Source: an uncultured Parapedobacter sp. (GTDB taxonomy: Bacteria; Bacteroidota; Bacteroidia; Sphingobacteriales; Sphingobacteriaceae). Taken from it: 64,000 nt of DNA. This document shows, piece after piece, positions 42,944 to 52,782 of this stretch. Position 1 is the first letter of the stretch. Every line of letters begins with the position of its first letter. The notes beneath the pieces were generated by a model. That model did no database searches. It saw only the letters and a program-made list of their open reading frames with translations, and had not been told where the DNA came from. The translations under genes and the position numbers were made by a program. Location of the stretch: contig CAZCHE010000011.1 in NCBI GenBank assembly GCA_964498395.1, positions 18,787-82,786 of the forward strand, read 5' to 3'.

Positions 42944-43568
42944 GAAGAAATTTCTTGGTGCTGTAAGTGCGGCCGTTGCGATAGCGGCGGTGGTAGCTGC
43001 CTGTGGGGAGAAGACCACGCGTAGCACCGGCTGGGAATTTTCGAGGAATATGTATGATCCTATCGGTTATAACCCTGACCAGCCGAACAAGAATTTCAAG
43101 GACGGCAAGACGGCCCAAACACCGCCTGCGGGTACCACCCCGGTGGGTTTCGAGCGGTTTGAGTTTGCCAATACACGGGAGGAGTACGACCGGGCCGGGG
43201 CTGAATTGACCAACCCATTGGAACGGACCGAAAAGACCCTGGCCGAAGGCGAAGCGCTATACCAAGTGTACTGTGCCGTATGCCACGGTGTAGAAGGGCG
43301 GGGCAATGGCCCGATCACCCAACCCCGCGAGCTGGTGACCAAAACGGTGAGAAGAAACCTGGAAGAGTTTCCTCCTCCACCATCCTATGCGGCAAGCGAT
43401 TCGGTAAATTCGACACGTACGGGTGGCCCCATGAAGGATCTTACCGATGGGCAGATTTACCATACGATTTACTACGGCTATAATGTGATGGGGTCTCATG
43501 CTTCTCAGCTAAATCCCGAAGAACGTTGGAAAGTCGTTATGTATGTTAGGGAATTACAAAAGAAATAA
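42936..43568 (+). CDS. actE: Alternative complex III subunit ActE (monohaem cytochrome c lipoprotein); start could also be 42915 or 42927
   Basis: Lipobox AVVAACGE and haem motif CAVCHG. It overlaps the actD stop. Confidence 0.8.
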   Translation: MNRKKFLGAVSAAVAIAAVVAACGEKTTRSTGWEFSRNMYDPIGYNPDQPNKNFKDGKTAQTPPAGTTPVGFERFEFANTREEYDRAGAELTNPLERTEKTLAEGEALYQVYCAVCHGVEGRGNGPITQPRELVTKTVRRNLEEFPPPPSYAASDSVNSTRTGGPMKDLTDGQIYHTIYYGYNVMGSHASQLNPEERWKVVMYVRELQKK

Positions 43569-43587
43569 TATTTATCAGCTATATTAA

Positions 43588-44823
43588 ATGGGAACTCACA
43601 GTCATCATCACGATTATAATTTTAGCGAGCAGTTTGCATTTACTGGGAAAGCGAAGACCCTGAGTTTGGTCGCTATGGTGGTGGGTATCGTGGCAATCGT
43701 CATCGGCCTGCTATCCAGTGATCACATTATGGTGGAACGCACCTATGCCAACTTACTGCTGATGGGGTATTATTTTACCTGCGTTTGCGCGGCAGGCGGA
43801 TTCTTCTTGGCGCTGCAGTTCGTTACCCAAGCCGGTTGGCCCTCGGGCATGATCCGGATTCCACAGGCCATGGCCAGCGTATTGCCCTTGGCATCCATCA
43901 TCCTGTTGGTGATCACGGCTACCGGATTGTTTTCGCATAACTTATACCACCACTGGTATGCCGAGGGGTTGACCGATCCGGACAGCCCGAATTATGATGC
44001 CTTGGTGGCGGGTAAGGCGGCGTTCTTGAATGCACCCGGCTTTTTGGTTCGCCAAGTGGTCTTCATGGGCGCCTATAGCATTTGTTCATGGCTGCTGGCA
44101 AAGTACTCTTATAACGAGGATTTGCACGGGGGCTTGAATTCATACAAGAAAAGCTTTAAGTTATCCGCATTGTTTTTGGTGATCTTCGGATTTACCACCC
44201 CCATCTGGTCATTTGATACCATCATGTCATTGGAAGCCCATTGGTTCTCGACCATGTTTGGCTGGTATAACTTCGCGGCCATGTGGGTAAGTGGCCTTTG
44301 TGTCATCACCTTGATCATCATCCTCCTGAAGAAATCAGGTTACATGGGGTGGGTCAATGAAAACCACTTGCACGATTTGGGCAAGCTGATTTTCGGGTTC
44401 TCCATTTTCTGGACGTACGTATGGTTCGCACAGTTCATGCTGATCTGGTATGCCAATATCCCCGAGGAGACGGTTTATTTCTATAGACGGTGGGAGCCGG
44501 AGTACAAAAGTTGGTTTTGGATAAACCTATTGATTAACTTTGTCTTCCCTATCTTGGCGTTGATGGATCGGGATGCGAAGCGCAAAATGAACATCATGAT
44601 GGTCGTTTGTATCGTGCTGCTAATGGGTCACTGGCTGGATTACTACATCATGATTATGCCGGGTACGGTAGAGATACACCGTGGCTTTGGCTGGATCGAG
44701 GTAGGTACAGCACTTGGTTTCGTAGGGCTGTTCTCATTCACCGTGTTAAACAAGTTGAGTAAGCACGCATTGGCACCGGCCAAACACCCTTTCTTGGAGG
44801 AGAGTTTGCACCATCAGATATAA
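43588..44823 (+). CDS. actF: Alternative complex III subunit ActF (second NrfD-like membrane subunit)
   Basis: Polytopic 411-aa membrane protein in the conserved position. Confidence 0.8.
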   Translation: MGTHSHHHDYNFSEQFAFTGKAKTLSLVAMVVGIVAIVIGLLSSDHIMVERTYANLLLMGYYFTCVCAAGGFFLALQFVTQAGWPSGMIRIPQAMASVLPLASIILLVITATGLFSHNLYHHWYAEGLTDPDSPNYDALVAGKAAFLNAPGFLVRQVVFMGAYSICSWLLAKYSYNEDLHGGLNSYKKSFKLSALFLVIFGFTTPIWSFDTIMSLEAHWFSTMFGWYNFAAMWVSGLCVITLIIILLKKSGYMGWVNENHLHDLGKLIFGFSIFWTYVWFAQFMLIWYANIPEETVYFYRRWEPEYKSWFWINLLINFVFPILALMDRDAKRKMNIMMVVCIVLLMGHWLDYYIMIMPGTVEIHRGFGWIEVGTALGFVGLFSFTVLNKLSKHALAPAKHPFLEESLHHQI

Positions 44824-44874
44824 GTCGGTATCATCGACCATAAGAGATATTACGGATAATCGTTATAATAAGAA

Positions 44875-46179
44875 ATGAGCTTCATAAAAAATATCAATTT
44901 CAGGACAGTGTTCACACTGGCATTTGTAGTGGGTATAGGGCTATCCAGTCTGGCGTTTGCACAGGAAACGGATACGGTCGCCGTGCAGGCCGCCGATACG
45001 GTAGCCATTGCAGCGGATACGGTTGCTGCCGATACGTCGGCTGCTGCCGCTGCCGCACCAGCCGCTAGCGCTGCCTCCGCCACACCCACTGCGGCCACTG
45101 CAGATTCATTAGACCTTGATCCACAGGTGTACAAGAATTTCTTTTACTATGTGCTGTTGTTCTTCCTGGTCTGCATATTGGTCGCCGTGATTGGCAAGAT
45201 TTTGCAGGTGTATGAGTTGACCCGCAAGATGAATGGCCGGGATAATGCCTACTACCTGAATAATTTGCAGGCCAGTTTGTTTATCGTGGCACTGGTCCTC
45301 GGGTTATACGGCGTATACTGGTCGTATGTAAACCACGGGTCACAGGCCATGCGGGAAGCGGCCACCCTCCACGGGGTGAACCTCGATATCATGTTTATGG
45401 TGACCACCGTCATCGTCACCATCGTATTGGTGCTTACGCATATTGCATTGTTCGGGTTTGCCTATAAATACCGCGCACGCCACGGCCGCAAAGCCTATTT
45501 CTATCCGCATAACAATACCATCGAGAAGATATGGACGATCGTACCTGCGGTGGTATTGACGACATTGGTATTGTTTGGCTTCTTTAACTGGCGGGCCATC
45601 ACGAATGTGTCTGTAGAAGATCAGAAGAACGCCATCCAAATCGAGGTGGTGGGCGAACAGTTCATGTGGACCGTACGTTATGCCGGACGCGATGGTGTGA
45701 TCGGCGAGCGGAATTACAAACTGACCACACCGCTGAATGGCTTGGGGATCGACTTTAACGACAAGCACGCATGGGATGACCAGTTGGGTTCGGAGATCGT
45801 GATTCCGGTCAACCAGCCGGTACGCTTCCAGATTACCTCTAAAGATGCCCTGCACAGTTTCTTTATCCCTGATTTCCGCGTGCAGATGAATGCCGTTCCG
45901 GGGATGAAGACGTATTTCCAGTTTACACCGACGATTACGACAGAGGAGATGCGCGAGAAGTTAAACGACTACAGCTACGATTACGTCATGCTGTGTGCCA
46001 AGATCTGCGGCGCTAACCACTTCAATATGCAGAAGAAAGTCCGGGTAGTGACCGAAGAGGAATATAAGGCTTGGCTTGCCGAACAGCCTTACTTCTTTAC
46101 GGAAGATTTGCGGAAGGAATTTCAGGTAACGCAGGCAAACGATACGGAAGAAAGCCACCTGCTTGCCGCTGCCAATTAA
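44875..46179 (+). CDS. ctaC: Cytochrome c oxidase subunit II
   Basis: CuA site DALHSFFIPDF...CAKICGANHFNM, two TM helices, and an N-terminal Ala/Thr-rich low-complexity stretch. Confidence 0.9.
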   Translation: MSFIKNINFRTVFTLAFVVGIGLSSLAFAQETDTVAVQAADTVAIAADTVAADTSAAAAAAPAASAASATPTAATADSLDLDPQVYKNFFYYVLLFFLVCILVAVIGKILQVYELTRKMNGRDNAYYLNNLQASLFIVALVLGLYGVYWSYVNHGSQAMREAATLHGVNLDIMFMVTTVIVTIVLVLTHIALFGFAYKYRARHGRKAYFYPHNNTIEKIWTIVPAVVLTTLVLFGFFNWRAITNVSVEDQKNAIQIEVVGEQFMWTVRYAGRDGVIGERNYKLTTPLNGLGIDFNDKHAWDDQLGSEIVIPVNQPVRFQITSKDALHSFFIPDFRVQMNAVPGMKTYFQFTPTITTEEMREKLNDYSYDYVMLCAKICGANHFNMQKKVRVVTEEEYKAWLAEQPYFFTEDLRKEFQVTQANDTEESHLLAAAN

Positions 46180-46209
46180 TTAAGGGATAAACGTATTCAA
46201 TAAACAGAT

Positions 46210-48102
46210 ATGTCAAGTATAACAAGTGCTCATCCTGTAGACCATCACGGCGAACATGGACATGGTCACCACCATGAAGAAACATTTTTGACGAAATACA
46301 TATTCAGTCAGGACCATAAGATGATCGCCAAGCAGTTCCTGATCACAGGGATTATTATGGCGGTATTTGCCATGTTCCTGTCCATTCTATTCCGGCTCCA
46401 ATTGGCTTGGCCGGATAAGGAATTCCCGATCTTGGAGGTTTTCCTCGGGAAATGGGCGGAAGGCGGCCGTATTAGCCCGGATTTCTTCCTGGCCTTGGTC
46501 ACCATACACGGTACCATCATGGTGTTTTTCGTGTTGACAGCGGGTCTGAGCGGTACGTTCAGTAACTTATTGATCCCTTACCAACTAGGGGCCAGGGATA
46601 TGGCATCGCCTTTTATGAATATGCTGTCGTACTGGTTCTTCTTTACGGCTTGCGTGATCATGATTGCCTCCTTCTTCGTGGAGAGTGGGCCGGCAAGTGC
46701 CGGGTGGACGGTATATCCGCCGTTATCGGCGGTGCCCACGGCGATTAGCGGATCGGCCGCGGGGATGACCCTGTGGTTGATCAGTATGACCCTATTCATT
46801 GTATCACAGGTATTGGGCGGTACAAACTACATCAGTACCGTATTGAACATGCGTACCAAGGGAATGGATCTGTGGAAAATGCCATTGACGATCTGGGCGT
46901 TTTTCTTGACGGCTATCGTCGGTCTGTTGTCTTTCCCAGTGTTGGTTTCGGCCGTGGTATTGCTCATTTTTGACCGCAGTTTCGGTACGAGTTTTTACTT
47001 GTCGGATTTGGTGGTGCAAGGGCAGATTTTGCCAAACGAAGGTGGTAGCCCGATTTTGTTCCAGCACTTGTTCTGGTTCTTAGGGCACCCCGAGGTATAT
47101 ATCGTATTGATGCCCGCATTGGGGTTAACTTCTGAAGTGATCTCGACCAACTCGCGTAAGCCGATCTTCGGTTACCACGCGATGGTCTACTCATTGATCG
47201 GTATCACGGTATTGTCCTTCATCGTATGGGGGCACCACATGTTTGTAACGGGGATGAATCCGTTCTTGGGTGGGGTATTCATGATTACGACATTGATTAT
47301 CGCCGTACCATCGGCGGTGAAATCCTTTAACTACCTCGCTACGCTGTGGCGTGGTAATATCCGGTTTACACCGGCCATGATGTTTGCCATCGGTATGGTG
47401 TCATTCTTCATTTCCGGTGGATTGACAGGCTTGCACCTCGGTAACTCGGCGCTTGACATCTCGCTACACGATACGTACTTTGTGGTAGCTCACTTCCACT
47501 TGGTGATGGGGTCGGCATCCATTTTCGGTATGCTGTGCGGGGTGTACCATTGGTATCCAAAGATGTTCGGCCGGATGATGAATGAGAAGCTGGGATACTT
47601 GCATTTCTGGTTGACATTCATCGGTGCGTACTTGGTCTTCTTCCCAATGCACTTCATGGGGATCGACGGGGTGCCACGCCGGTATTATGCCTTTACGGAG
47701 TTCCCGTTCATGGAGAAATGGATTTCTGTAAACGTATTCATCACTTGGGCGGCGATTATCGCGGCACTGGGCCAAGTGGCGTTCTTGTGGAACTTCTTCT
47801 CGTCGATCTGGTTTGGTAAGCGCGCTACGCAGAACCCATGGGGTTCGAATACCTTGGAGTGGACTACCCCGGTAGAGCACTTCCATGGCAACTGGCCCGG
47901 CGAGATCCCTACGGTTTACCGTTGGCCTTACGATTACAGCAAGCCCGGGCACCACGAGGATTTCATCCCGCAGACGGTTCCATTCTCAGAGACGATGAGT
48001 TCAAACTTGCCACACGATTTCGAAGGAAACCAAGAGGCCGAACGCATCCAACGGGAGTGGGAACAGGCGAATAAGCCGTTGACCGAAAAAGAAACGGAGT
48101 AA
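46210..48102 (+). CDS. ctaD: Cytochrome c oxidase subunit I (haem-copper oxidase)
   Basis: FWFLGHPEVYIVLMP, VWGHHMF and HDTYFVVAHFH are canonical subunit I motifs. 630 aa. Confidence 0.95.
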   Translation: MSSITSAHPVDHHGEHGHGHHHEETFLTKYIFSQDHKMIAKQFLITGIIMAVFAMFLSILFRLQLAWPDKEFPILEVFLGKWAEGGRISPDFFLALVTIHGTIMVFFVLTAGLSGTFSNLLIPYQLGARDMASPFMNMLSYWFFFTACVIMIASFFVESGPASAGWTVYPPLSAVPTAISGSAAGMTLWLISMTLFIVSQVLGGTNYISTVLNMRTKGMDLWKMPLTIWAFFLTAIVGLLSFPVLVSAVVLLIFDRSFGTSFYLSDLVVQGQILPNEGGSPILFQHLFWFLGHPEVYIVLMPALGLTSEVISTNSRKPIFGYHAMVYSLIGITVLSFIVWGHHMFVTGMNPFLGGVFMITTLIIAVPSAVKSFNYLATLWRGNIRFTPAMMFAIGMVSFFISGGLTGLHLGNSALDISLHDTYFVVAHFHLVMGSASIFGMLCGVYHWYPKMFGRMMNEKLGYLHFWLTFIGAYLVFFPMHFMGIDGVPRRYYAFTEFPFMEKWISVNVFITWAAIIAALGQVAFLWNFFSSIWFGKRATQNPWGSNTLEWTTPVEHFHGNWPGEIPTVYRWPYDYSKPGHHEDFIPQTVPFSETMSSNLPHDFEGNQEAERIQREWEQANKPLTEKETE

Positions 48103-48111
48103 GTAAAAAAT

Positions 48112-48146
48112 GGGTTTTGCGGGTTCCACGGGATTCCGCAAAACCC
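48112..48146 (+). other. Strong intercistronic RNA hairpin (11-bp stem) between ctaD and ctaA
   Basis: gggttttgcgg (48112-48122) pairs with ccgcaaaaccc (48136-48146). No T-run follows, so it is more likely a processing or stability element than a terminator. Confidence 0.5.
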
Positions 48147-48158
48147 TCACGATAAAAC

Positions 48159-49208
48159 ATGCTTCCACCTGCTGAAAAGAGGTTTTTATTAGTCAACAAG
48201 ATTACGATCATATCGTTGTTTGTGTTGATTCTTGCAGGTGGGGTAGTGCGTAGTACGGGTTCTGGAATGGGGTGCCCGGATTGGCCAAGGTGTTTCGACC
48301 GATTGGTGCCCCCTACGGATATTTCCCAGTTGCCCGAGGGCTACGAGGAAAAGTACATCGCGGGAAGGCAGGCGAAAAACGAACGCTTTGCAAACATGCT
48401 CGAACGTTTCGGGCGCCATGAATTGGCCAATAAGATTCGGCATGACGAGTCGATATTGCTGCACGAGGAATTTAATGCGGCCAAAACGTGGACGGAGTAT
48501 ATCAACCGGTTGGTGGGTGCGACTACCGGTTTTCTGTTGCTGCTTTGCGCGATTTTTTCCTTTACGTTCTTTAAAACAAAAAAGCGCATCTTCATTTGGA
48601 GCGTGATCAATGTGGTGGCCGTGGGCTACCAAGCGTGGTTAGGGTCTATCGTGGTATCCACTAATTTGATGCCTTGGATCATCACGGTACACATGCTATT
48701 GGCACTGGTGATTGTCGCCATCAGCATTTACACCTATTTCAAAGCGCGGTCGCTGCGGGATAAGGATTTGCTGATTAACCATACATCCAGCGGGATCAAG
48801 TGGCTAGCGCTGCTGTCGCTGCTGCTGATCGTCGTTCAGGTGGCCATCGGCACGGGTGTGCGGGAGGAAATTGACCTGATTGCCGCTTCGGGTGATGTGC
48901 CTGACAGGGGCGAGTGGCTCGACCGGGTGGGGAGCGTATTTAACCTCCATCGGAGTTTGGCGATCGTATCGGGATTGATCATTGTGCTGCTTTTCTTTGT
49001 GGTGCGTTCGCGGTTTTCGCCGAATACGCATCAAAGCAGGTTTACCAATTGGGTGCTGGTGCTGATGGTGTTGCAAATGGTGACGGCGGTGATACTGGCC
49101 TATTTGGATATACCACCATTCGCGCAGACAGCGCACTTGGTTTTGGCGAGTTTACTATTTGGTGCCCAATATTATCTGATGCTATTATTGGGCAAAACAG
49201 TGCGGTAG
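48159..49208 (+). CDS. ctaA: Haem A synthase (COX15/CtaA)
   Basis: GGVVRSTGSGMGCPDWPRCF N-terminal motif and a polytopic membrane protein. Confidence 0.88.
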   Translation: MLPPAEKRFLLVNKITIISLFVLILAGGVVRSTGSGMGCPDWPRCFDRLVPPTDISQLPEGYEEKYIAGRQAKNERFANMLERFGRHELANKIRHDESILLHEEFNAAKTWTEYINRLVGATTGFLLLLCAIFSFTFFKTKKRIFIWSVINVVAVGYQAWLGSIVVSTNLMPWIITVHMLLALVIVAISIYTYFKARSLRDKDLLINHTSSGIKWLALLSLLLIVVQVAIGTGVREEIDLIAASGDVPDRGEWLDRVGSVFNLHRSLAIVSGLIIVLLFFVVRSRFSPNTHQSRFTNWVLVLMVLQMVTAVILAYLDIPPFAQTAHLVLASLLFGAQYYLMLLLGKTVR

Positions 49209-49209
49209 G

Positions 49210-49243
49210 GATTTACCTGCCTGCCGGCAGGCAGGCGATTTGA
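49210..49243. repeat. REP-like element with a perfect 20-bp palindrome
   Basis: gatttaCCTGCCTGCCGGCAGGCAGGcgattt, with the palindrome at 49216-49235. A sibling lies at 52745-52777. Confidence 0.8.
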
Positions 49244-49256
49244 GACGATATAAGAA

Positions 49257-50249
49257 ATGAATAGAACTGACGATGATATGCAAGCCAAGAAGTTTGGGGC
49301 GGACGTTGCCGTGCGGAAACGCGGCAGGGGGGAGGCTTTTGCGGAAGTGATGCAGTTTGTGAGTGATTTGAAACAGTTGGTGAAAATACGGCTGACGATG
49401 ACAGTGGTATTTTCGGCCTCGATTGCTTTTCTGATCGGCAGTAAGCAACAGGGGGATATCAATTGGTTGAACTGGGTGATATTGACGGCCGGGGGCTTTT
49501 TGGTTACCGGGTCAGCCAATGGTTTCAATGAAATCATCGAACGTAATTTGGATGGGTTGATGAAGCGTACGGCAGACCGCCCGATACCTGCCGGTCGGAT
49601 GACCACTGGGCAGGCATTGGTGTTGAGTTTGTTAATGGGTATCATCGGTACCTATACGCTATTGACGCTGAATTTCGTCGCCGGATTGCTATCGGTGTTT
49701 TCCATCTTACTGTATGCATTTTTCTATACGCCGCTGAAGCGCAAGTCGCCGATAGCGGTTTTTGTGGGTGCATTCCCGGGGGCATTGCCGCCGTTGATCG
49801 GGTACTATGCGGCCTTTAGCCAGAATGACCTGGCGGCTTACAGCCAGCATAACGCTGCGGCGATCGTGATCATACCCTTGGTGCTGTTTGCCATCCAGTT
49901 CGTGTGGCAGTTCCCGCACTTCTGGGGGATCGCGTGGGTGCTGGATGAAGACTACAAGCGTGCGGGTTTTAGGCTGTTGCCTACCACCAAAAAGGATAAG
50001 GTGTCTGCATTCATGGTGCTGTTTTCGACCTTGCTGATGGTGCCGGTAAGCCTGCTCCCTTACTTTTTCGGTTTTGGGGGATATGTGGTTTCCGCCGTGT
50101 CGCTCGCCGGGGCATTGCTGTTTAGCTGGTATGGGTTGAAGTTGTTTTTGACCTGTGATTTAGCGGCGGCGCGTAAGGTGATGTTTACCTCATTTTTCTA
50201 TTTGCCGTTGATTCAGTTGGTGTTGTTGTTTGATTTTATAGCCTTATGA
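49257..50249 (+). CDS. cyoE: Protohaem IX farnesyltransferase (haem O synthase); start uncertain
   Basis: UbiA-family motifs (GSANGFNEIIERNLDGLMKRTADRP; YTPLKRKSP), polytopic. Confidence 0.88.
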   Translation: MNRTDDDMQAKKFGADVAVRKRGRGEAFAEVMQFVSDLKQLVKIRLTMTVVFSASIAFLIGSKQQGDINWLNWVILTAGGFLVTGSANGFNEIIERNLDGLMKRTADRPIPAGRMTTGQALVLSLLMGIIGTYTLLTLNFVAGLLSVFSILLYAFFYTPLKRKSPIAVFVGAFPGALPPLIGYYAAFSQNDLAAYSQHNAAAIVIIPLVLFAIQFVWQFPHFWGIAWVLDEDYKRAGFRLLPTTKKDKVSAFMVLFSTLLMVPVSLLPYFFGFGGYVVSAVSLAGALLFSWYGLKLFLTCDLAAARKVMFTSFFYLPLIQLVLLFDFIAL

Positions 50250-50836
50250 TAGCCATGGCACAGTATACGCAGGATAAAGAGGAACTGACCCAGCAGAAGG
50301 CAAAGAAATTCAACCTTTGGCTGGGGATGATCGGCATGTTCATGATGTTTGCGGCATTGTCAAGCGGTTTCATCGTGTACACGGCAGGCGGGATCGATCG
50401 GGGTATCAAGACGTTGTTGCCCGATGCATTTATCTACAGTACGGTCATCATCGTGTTAAGCAGTGTGACCATGCAGTGGGCGCTTAGTGCGGCCAAGAGG
50501 ACGGATTTCAATAAGCAGAAGTTGCTGCTGATCGCTACGATCGCATTGGGGATCGGCTTTTTTGCGATGCAGGTACATGCTTGGGGGATATTAAGTGAGC
50601 GGGGTGTGGTATTTGTGAATAGCAATGCCTCCCAATCGTTTATATATGTGTTTACCGGTATGCACTTGGCGCATATCATTGCCGGGATCTTAGTGCTCGC
50701 GCGGGCGTTGGTGGGGCGGATGCTGAACATTTCACAAGTTCGCAACGTCTTCCGAATGGATTTAGCCGCCCTCTTTTGGCATTTTCTCGGCATTTTGTGG
50801 ATTTATATTTATGTTTTTTTACTTTTGAATCAATAA
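50246..50836 (+). CDS. Cytochrome c oxidase subunit III family protein (short form)
   Basis: 196 aa with five TM helices, HLAHII and FWHFLGILWIYIYV motifs, and an ATGA overlap with cyoE. Confidence 0.8.
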   Translation: MIAMAQYTQDKEELTQQKAKKFNLWLGMIGMFMMFAALSSGFIVYTAGGIDRGIKTLLPDAFIYSTVIIVLSSVTMQWALSAAKRTDFNKQKLLLIATIALGIGFFAMQVHAWGILSERGVVFVNSNASQSFIYVFTGMHLAHIIAGILVLARALVGRMLNISQVRNVFRMDLAALFWHFLGILWIYIYVFLLLNQ

Positions 50837-50845
50837 CACTAAACA

Positions 50846-51574
50846 ATGAGTACAACTGTAACGCAATTGGACAAGGTAAAGACCGGACGATGGAACGGGG
50901 GTAGGTCGCCTTTCAATGTGGAGTATGGCAAAATCATGATGTGGTTTTTCCTGACCTCAGATGCTTTTACGTTTTCCGCGTTCCTGATCTATTACGGTTC
51001 GCAGCGTTTTGCCCACTTGACTTGGCCAGACCCAGACAAGGTATTCCAGTCCATTCCGTTTATCGCGGATAGCGGTTACCCATTGGTGTTTGTGGGGATC
51101 ATGACCTTTATCCTCATCATGAGTTCGGTGACGATGGTATTGGCCGTAGAAGCTGGGCACCGCAACGCCAAGAAGGAAGTGGTGGGCTGGATGATCGCCA
51201 CCATTATCGGTGGATTGATGTTCATCGGCTGCCAAGCGTTAGAATGGACACACTTGCATCACCAAGGCTTTTGGTGGGGTAGAATCCCGTATCAAGAAGG
51301 GGTGCCTGCCGAGGTGACATTGGCTCCGTATTTCACGCATGGGATATCGGAAGTCTCCGCATTGCAGTTCTCTAATTTGTTCTTTACCATCACCGGATTC
51401 CACGGCTTTCACGTATCGATCGGGATATTGCTTAACATCATCATCCTGTGTATGGTATTAGCCAATGTGTTTGAGCGTCGGGGTACCTACCTCATGGTCG
51501 AAAAAGTGGGCTTGTATTGGCACTTTGTGGATTTGGTTTGGGTATTCGTATTTACATTCTTTTATCTGGTTTAA
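50846..51574 (+). CDS. ctaE: Cytochrome c oxidase subunit III
   Basis: FHGFHVSIG and YWHFVDLVWVFVFTFFYL are canonical subunit III motifs. Confidence 0.85.
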   Translation: MSTTVTQLDKVKTGRWNGGRSPFNVEYGKIMMWFFLTSDAFTFSAFLIYYGSQRFAHLTWPDPDKVFQSIPFIADSGYPLVFVGIMTFILIMSSVTMVLAVEAGHRNAKKEVVGWMIATIIGGLMFIGCQALEWTHLHHQGFWWGRIPYQEGVPAEVTLAPYFTHGISEVSALQFSNLFFTITGFHGFHVSIGILLNIIILCMVLANVFERRGTYLMVEKVGLYWHFVDLVWVFVFTFFYLV

Positions 51575-51600
51575 TAACATTCAATTTAGTACTATAGACT

Positions 51601-51978
51601 ATGGCTGCTAATCACGACAATACAGTTGGGCACGAAGGGGCGGAGCACCACGAAGGAATGAGCAAAGGCAAGATCTGGAAAGTATTTTTCTACTTGCTGG
51701 CACTCACGGCATTGGAGTTTTTTATCGCGTTGGTGTTAGTCCATGGCGGATACGTAGAGAAAGGCTTGGCGGTAAATGCGACCTATATTGCGCTTACCCT
51801 GGTGAAAGCCTACTACATCGTTGCCTATTTCATGCACCTTAAATTCGAGACGTTTGGATTCATCATGTCCATTTCCATCGTGTTCTTGTTTATCGTGTAT
51901 TTGATTATCTTGATGCTGACGGAAGGGACATACCTGAAAACGCATTACAATCCCTTCTCTTTTTGGCCTAATCCATAA
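51601..51978 (+). CDS. Cytochrome c oxidase subunit IV family protein
   Basis: 125 aa with three TM helices, in the conserved position after subunit III. Confidence 0.7.
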   Translation: MAANHDNTVGHEGAEHHEGMSKGKIWKVFFYLLALTALEFFIALVLVHGGYVEKGLAVNATYIALTLVKAYYIVAYFMHLKFETFGFIMSISIVFLFIVYLIILMLTEGTYLKTHYNPFSFWPNP

Positions 51979-52691
51979 TGGAAGAGGTAAAGCAAACGAA
52001 AGGTTTTAAAAAGATTATAATCCTGGCAGCTATTTTAATCCTGCCAGGATTTTTATATTACCTCTTAGAGAAAAAGGGGGAAAACCGATACAAAAGCCTG
52101 CCCATCTATGGGGAGAAAGCGTTGACCGGAACGTTTACCAGCCGGATGGGGAAGCAGATTCCCGACACCCTGTTTCACCACATCACGCCGTTTTCGCTGG
52201 TCAACCAAGATGGTCAAGAAGTGGATGTGCTGGCAAGCGATAGCGGCATCACCATTGTCAATTTCTTCTATAGCCGCTGCGCGACATTCTGTACCCACAT
52301 GAATGATGAGATGAACCGCGTGGCCGAACGGTTTGCGACAAATAAGAAAGTGGATTTTTATACCATCAGTATAGACACGGCATATGACACGCCGCAGGTG
52401 CTGAAAGCCTATTCGGAAGCCTACCGCCCGCAGGAGAAGCAATGGCAGTTTTTGACTGCGGGTCGAGACGATGTATATACGATTGCGCGGGATGGCTTCT
52501 TGGTGGATGCGGTGCAGGATACGACAGCGGCAGCTAATTTTATCCATAGTTCTTCCTTGGTATTGGTCGATTCGCACCGCCGTATCCGGGGGTTTTATGA
52601 TGTGAACCATAAAAAGGAAGTGGATCGGTTGATCGATGAGGTGAAGTTATTGTTAGTCGAAGAGATTCGGGCGAGGAGCCCGTATAAATGA
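51978..52691 (+). CDS. SCO-family copper chaperone / thioredoxin-fold protein
   Basis: CATFC (CxxxC) plus a downstream His (FIHSSSLVLVD), with an N-terminal membrane anchor. Confidence 0.8.
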   Translation: MEEVKQTKGFKKIIILAAILILPGFLYYLLEKKGENRYKSLPIYGEKALTGTFTSRMGKQIPDTLFHHITPFSLVNQDGQEVDVLASDSGITIVNFFYSRCATFCTHMNDEMNRVAERFATNKKVDFYTISIDTAYDTPQVLKAYSEAYRPQEKQWQFLTAGRDDVYTIARDGFLVDAVQDTTAAANFIHSSSLVLVDSHRRIRGFYDVNHKKEVDRLIDEVKLLLVEEIRARSPYK

Positions 52692-52744
52692 TTATTGATG
52701 TCGTGTCTATTTTTATTGGCATCAATGCTGCCTTCGGCGGTTTA

Positions 52745-52777
52745 GATTTACCTGCCTGCCCGTAGGCTGGCGATTTT
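52745..52777. repeat. REP-like element, imperfect sibling of 49210-49243
   Basis: gatttacctgcctgcccgtaggctggcgatttt. Confidence 0.7.
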
Positions 52778-52782
52778 AGGAT

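Noticed and set aside
42308-43027. 239-aa antisense ORF across the actC/actD/actE junction
   Set aside because: It lies opposite three well-supported operon genes and shows no recognisable motifs.
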